DNA of 64,000 nucleotides from Candidatus Babeliales bacterium (GTDB lineage Bacteria; Babelota; Babeliae; Babelales; Vermiphilaceae): NCBI GenBank assembly GCA_963743635.1, contig CAVUQO010000003.1, positions 416,001 to 480,000 of the forward strand, read 5' to 3'. Shown piece by piece: positions 60,392 to 64,000 of this stretch (position 1 is its first letter; each line of letters starts with the position of its first letter). The notes under the pieces were generated by a model. It saw only the letters and a program-made list of their open reading frames with translations, ran no database searches and was not told where the DNA came from. The position numbers and the translations under genes were made by a program.

Positions 60392-61144
60392 CTATGAAGC
60401 AAGAAAAGTAAGAATGTCGTACTGAAAGAGTACGTAAATGATCGCGCCGATTGCAAGGAATGGTCCGAATGGAATGCGCGTTCCTTGTCCTTTACCTGCG
60501 TAAAGAAGATATGCAATACCCATGCAGCTGCCGAGTAATGAGCCGATAGTCAGTGATAACCAGCACCCGATGATGCCGGTGCATGAGCCAATATATGCGA
60601 GCAGATCGATATCGCCATCACCCATACATTCTTTGCCAGTGAGCGTGCGAAAGATAAAGCTGAGGAAATACAAAAACGCATAACCGCCAGCGGCGCCCAT
60701 CATGCTTTCAAGCGGCGTAATCGGAAGCAAGTCAAAGTATGCGCAGAGAATGCTCAGTGGAATCAGATATACATTCATGTATTGAGATAGGAGCATATAT
60801 TCAAGATCGGTTCGTATCGAAACGATGAGGGCTGAGAAAAAAACGAAATATGCAAACCAATATGTAGGTTCTATATGCGTAATGAGCAGGAGCCCTGCAA
60901 CCACCGTCAATAGTTCAATCAAGGGATAGAGATAGGAAATTGGTTCTTGGCAGTAACGGCAACGGCCGCGTAACCAGATCCATGAAAAGAGCGGTATGAG
61001 ATCATACCAGGCGAGTGTTGTTTTACAATGTGGACAATGTGAACGTAAAAATACAATATCTTCGTTGGTAATTAAACGATGTCCCACAACATTTAGAAAT
61101 GATCCCCAGCATATAAATAAGGCGATGAGGAACAGGATCATCAT
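60392..61144 (-). CDS. pilD: Prepilin peptidase / N-methyltransferase
   Basis: GSFLNV, RSHCPHC, DLIPLFSW, GRCRYC, MGDGD, IPFGPFL. Confidence 0.93.
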   Translation of the reverse strand: MMILFLIALFICWGSFLNVVGHRLITNEDIVFLRSHCPHCKTTLAWYDLIPLFSWIWLRGRCRYCQEPISYLYPLIELLTVVAGLLLITHIEPTYWFAYFVFFSALIVSIRTDLEYMLLSQYMNVYLIPLSILCAYFDLLPITPLESMMGAAGGYAFLYFLSFIFRTLTGKECMGDGDIDLLAYIGSCTGIIGCWLSLTIGSLLGSCMGIAYLLYAGKGQGTRIPFGPFLAIGAIIYVLFQYDILTFLAS

Positions 61145-61503
61145 TCTTGTGCTTTGATCTCGTTGAAAATGTTTTCAAGCTTCATTTGCTTTTCAAACTT
61201 ATCATCATATTTAAAGACGATGTTTGGCACATGGCGAGAAGGAACGCGTTGCGCGAGCGCTTTGCGCATTGATGGTTTATAGAGGATCAGCACTGAACGG
61301 ATTGGATTAAATGCCTCAAGTCCGCCCGGAATATAAAAGTATATATCGCATACACTTTTATTGGGGGAAAGTTTTACGTGTGTTATGAATGCCCCAACAA
61401 GACGAGGGTCATCCATAGAGATTTGGAGAAAGAGTTGAGAAAGCTCTTTGAGTAAAAGAGCTTCTTTTTGAGCTTTTCGTATTTCAGGTAACTTGTTATT
61501 CAT
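61141..61503 (-). CDS. rbfA: Ribosome-binding factor A
   Basis: DPRL...ITHVKLSP...RHVPNIVFKYD. Confidence 0.85.
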   Translation of the reverse strand: MNNKLPEIRKAQKEALLLKELSQLFLQISMDDPRLVGAFITHVKLSPNKSVCDIYFYIPGGLEAFNPIRSVLILYKPSMRKALAQRVPSRHVPNIVFKYDDKFEKQMKLENIFNEIKAQE

Positions 61504-61509
61504 AGAAAG

Positions 61510-61728
61510 TTACTTTAAAAGCCCTTGTGCTGCTAAACGGATGAAGTTCTGCTTAATAGCGCGAACCAAGCGTTTGCGACGTTTTTGGGTAGGAGCTTCG
61601 AAATAAACGGTACGTTTCATATCGCGAACAACACCTTCACGTTCAATTTTTTTCTTGAGCTGGCGGAGTGCGCGTTCAATGTTTGAACTGACTGAAACTT
61701 CGATATTTGCTTTACGGGACTTTGACAT
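61510..61728 (-). CDS. rpsU: 30S ribosomal protein S21
   Basis: IERALRQLKKKIEREG, YFEAPTQKRRK. Confidence 0.9.
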   Translation of the reverse strand: MSKSRKANIEVSVSSNIERALRQLKKKIEREGVVRDMKRTVYFEAPTQKRRKRLVRAIKQNFIRLAAQGLLK

Positions 61729-61855
61729 AGTAACCTAAAAACCTTCCTCATTATCAGGGATAGACGTAATATAACTGGGGAATAACACTATTATAGCCTC
61801 CATGATACGCAATTTTGCCTGATTTGTCTATGGTTATATACGAGATGGCCTTGAA

Positions 61856-63292
61856 TTAGAACATGGCATTGAAGCCAAACATAATGGTGGTGCTGCGGAA
61901 GGCATTGTACTGGGATAAAGGTGCCTGCCAGAGGAAGCCAAGGGATATCTGAGGGGAAATGTCGTAATTGAAGCCCATGTTGGCCACTTGTACCCTGAAA
62001 GTAGACAGTTTTTCAAGAATTTCTGGCTTGAAAGCGCAGCCGGGATTTGGCTGATCAAGCTTAATGCTATCATCCTTATGGATTACCAGTACGTATTGGA
62101 AGTAGAAGGAGAGCATGCCCATAAAATGGTAGGCGTTCATTTTGGCAGTGAAATGGATATTTGACCCTGGATTTATGTTAACGCCGGTAGTGAAGGGGTA
62201 AATTCCTGATTGGTATATGCTGGTGGGTACGTGATAATTATTGAAATGTCTGCTAAAAAAGTGGGTTAAACCAGCTTCGCCGCCAATTTCGATGGTATCA
62301 GCAAAGTCTACGTTAATACCAGCGGTAAAGCCTACCGAGTCGTGATTTTGGTTACCAAAGGAAAGGGCAAAGGTTTCATTCGGGTCATATTTCTTATTGG
62401 TCGATACGGTACCACCAAATTTAAAGAATGGTATGAGAAGGAAGTTCATCCATTCATCCCGATAGGTATTCATAGGATATGCATGGCGCCAGTACAGAAA
62501 TGCCCGAATATCTTCAACCGAGAAGGCGTTAAAATCGCTGATATCATAGCAAATTTCACGCATAATAATTTGGTAGGGTCCCATTAAATATTGATCGATA
62601 TTTGCTTTGGTAAGATCTGGATTGAAACAATCGGTATTGGCCGGATTGCAAGGATTGAGTGGACTTGGCAAGGGATTTCCGTATACGTCTTCAATCGTTA
62701 AGTTAATGAAATTGCAGGGGACTTGTGAAATATTAGCAAGGCCTACATCAAGCGAGAAGCCGACATCGCCAACGATTTGCGTTTCAAGATTAAACCGCAC
62801 GCCATATTTGCGATAGGTGGCAGGTATCGTGAAAAAACCATTGAGTTGTTGAGGGTCAACTGCGTAAGGATCAGTAATTGGTTCGCCAGCTGGCTGGTTA
62901 GGAAATAGTTTTTGACGTGCCAACTCCAAAGCAGGCGGCAATGAATAGCCTTCAGGAATAGGCCCCATTAAAAGTCCGACCATGCTCCAGCGGCCATTGA
63001 TGTCGCCCAAGGGAACGATGTTTTGACATTTATCACGCCCAACTTTTGCCTGTTGACCGAAAGGAGATATTGAAAGCGTAACGCGTTGCGGTTTGTTGTC
63101 GACAGCATAACCATTGAGCAATTGTTTTTCGCGGGTGAGTACAAAAGTTTGCGGATCGAGTGTTTTAAAGATTGGGAAAGGATCATTCCGATTATCTTCA
63201 GTCATTGCATGGACTGTTTGAATACTGACACTTAATCCGATCAAGAGGATTAACCGTGTATATAAGTGGTATGCGGTGCTTCTCACTAACAT
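61856..63292 (-). CDS. Putative outer-membrane beta-barrel protein
   Basis: VHA|M signal peptide, alternating aromatic strands, C-terminal FGFNAMF. Confidence 0.55.
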   Translation of the reverse strand: MLVRSTAYHLYTRLILLIGLSVSIQTVHAMTEDNRNDPFPIFKTLDPQTFVLTREKQLLNGYAVDNKPQRVTLSISPFGQQAKVGRDKCQNIVPLGDINGRWSMVGLLMGPIPEGYSLPPALELARQKLFPNQPAGEPITDPYAVDPQQLNGFFTIPATYRKYGVRFNLETQIVGDVGFSLDVGLANISQVPCNFINLTIEDVYGNPLPSPLNPCNPANTDCFNPDLTKANIDQYLMGPYQIIMREICYDISDFNAFSVEDIRAFLYWRHAYPMNTYRDEWMNFLLIPFFKFGGTVSTNKKYDPNETFALSFGNQNHDSVGFTAGINVDFADTIEIGGEAGLTHFFSRHFNNYHVPTSIYQSGIYPFTTGVNINPGSNIHFTAKMNAYHFMGMLSFYFQYVLVIHKDDSIKLDQPNPGCAFKPEILEKLSTFRVQVANMGFNYDISPQISLGFLWQAPLSQYNAFRSTTIMFGFNAMF

Positions 63293-63362
63293 TCCTTAAT
63301 CCTTTCTTCTCCTAGTCCTTCATATCGTTATAGCCCGTTAAAACTCAAACGTCAACGGCTTG

Positions 63363-64000
63363 TTACATAACCTTGATAATTTCCCCTATGAGACCTTCAA
63401 TGGCGAAAAATAAGATTACGGATGCGGTAATAATACCTAGGATTGTTTTAATATTTTGCTTCGATTCCCATTCTGATTTCAGGGTAAGCAACGTAATCAT
63501 AGACATAATATATGAAGATACTATGAAGAGTGATGTTAAATAGAAAAAGAGATCAAGATTATGCAAATGTGTGTAGCTGAGGGATATGCAGACGCCAACA
63601 AAAAGCACTGCAAAATGCTGATCTAAAATACCAGAATCGACTAATTTTTTGCCAAAAGCACTGTGACTATTTTTTACCAGCAGCGTGAGCAAATTGCTTG
63701 AAGCCCAAATCATTGAATGAATAGTTCCCAAAATGGCAGACAATATAGAAATGTGAATAATCGTAATGATCCATTGTTGATCTGGGAAATACCAATTGAA
63801 GCGTATCAGAAAGCGGCATGCGCGGATCGGTGAAATAAGAAAGTGGCGTAGAAAGTAAAATGGATCCGACAAATAATATGTAAAGAGTGCCGACCAATGC
63901 AATTGAGTAGGTAAGTGCGCTGCGGTACATTTTTTTGTGGTTCTTTGACGATATTAAATAAGTGAGCGTTGCGCATTCAAAACCAAAGAAACCAAAGATG
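63363..64000 (-). CDS. APC-family amino-acid permease, C-terminal part (frameshift near 63787; partial)
   Basis: FFGFECATL...NVPQRTYLL/ALTYSIALVGTLYILF, SAILGTIHSMIWASS. Confidence 0.6.

Overview
Bacterial chromosomal window, gene-dense and moderately AT-rich. Housekeeping genes are interleaved with many orphan signal-peptide proteins. The content resembles an intracellular parasite of protists, most likely Candidatus Dependentiae/Babelota; this is an inference from gene content and was not checked against a database. Recognisable genes include a PrsA/SurA-type chaperone pair, csaA, sbcD, glmU, mreB, rsmA, a LOG-family gene, uppS, gpsA, RNase P RNA, PBP1A, arsM, murG, archease plus rtcB, holB, tmk, an acyl-CoA ligase, a GT4 glycosyltransferase, a CysK/CBS-family enzyme, an N-ATPase-like Fo module, tsaC, a type IV pilin, pilD, rbfA and rpsU. 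Several genes are broken by single-base indels, densest at 37.4-41.8 kb, which most likely reflects consensus errors. Highlights: (1) a six-gene tandem array at 42.4-45.5 kb sharing one 21-aa export leader fused at a Met to shuffled cargo modules, two carrying PSAP and one also PPPY (ESCRT/NEDD4 late-domain-like motifs), facing a secreted PD-(D/E)XK nuclease; (2) a window-wide (A/G)|M signal-cleavage pattern, including one protein whose mature N-terminus looks like a mitochondrial presequence; (3) a four-hairpin fused ATP synthase c subunit with unequal ion-binding sites; (4) two families of REP/REPIN-like palindromes that invade gene ends; (5) an unannotated ~210-nt structured RNA candidate upstream of the LOG gene.
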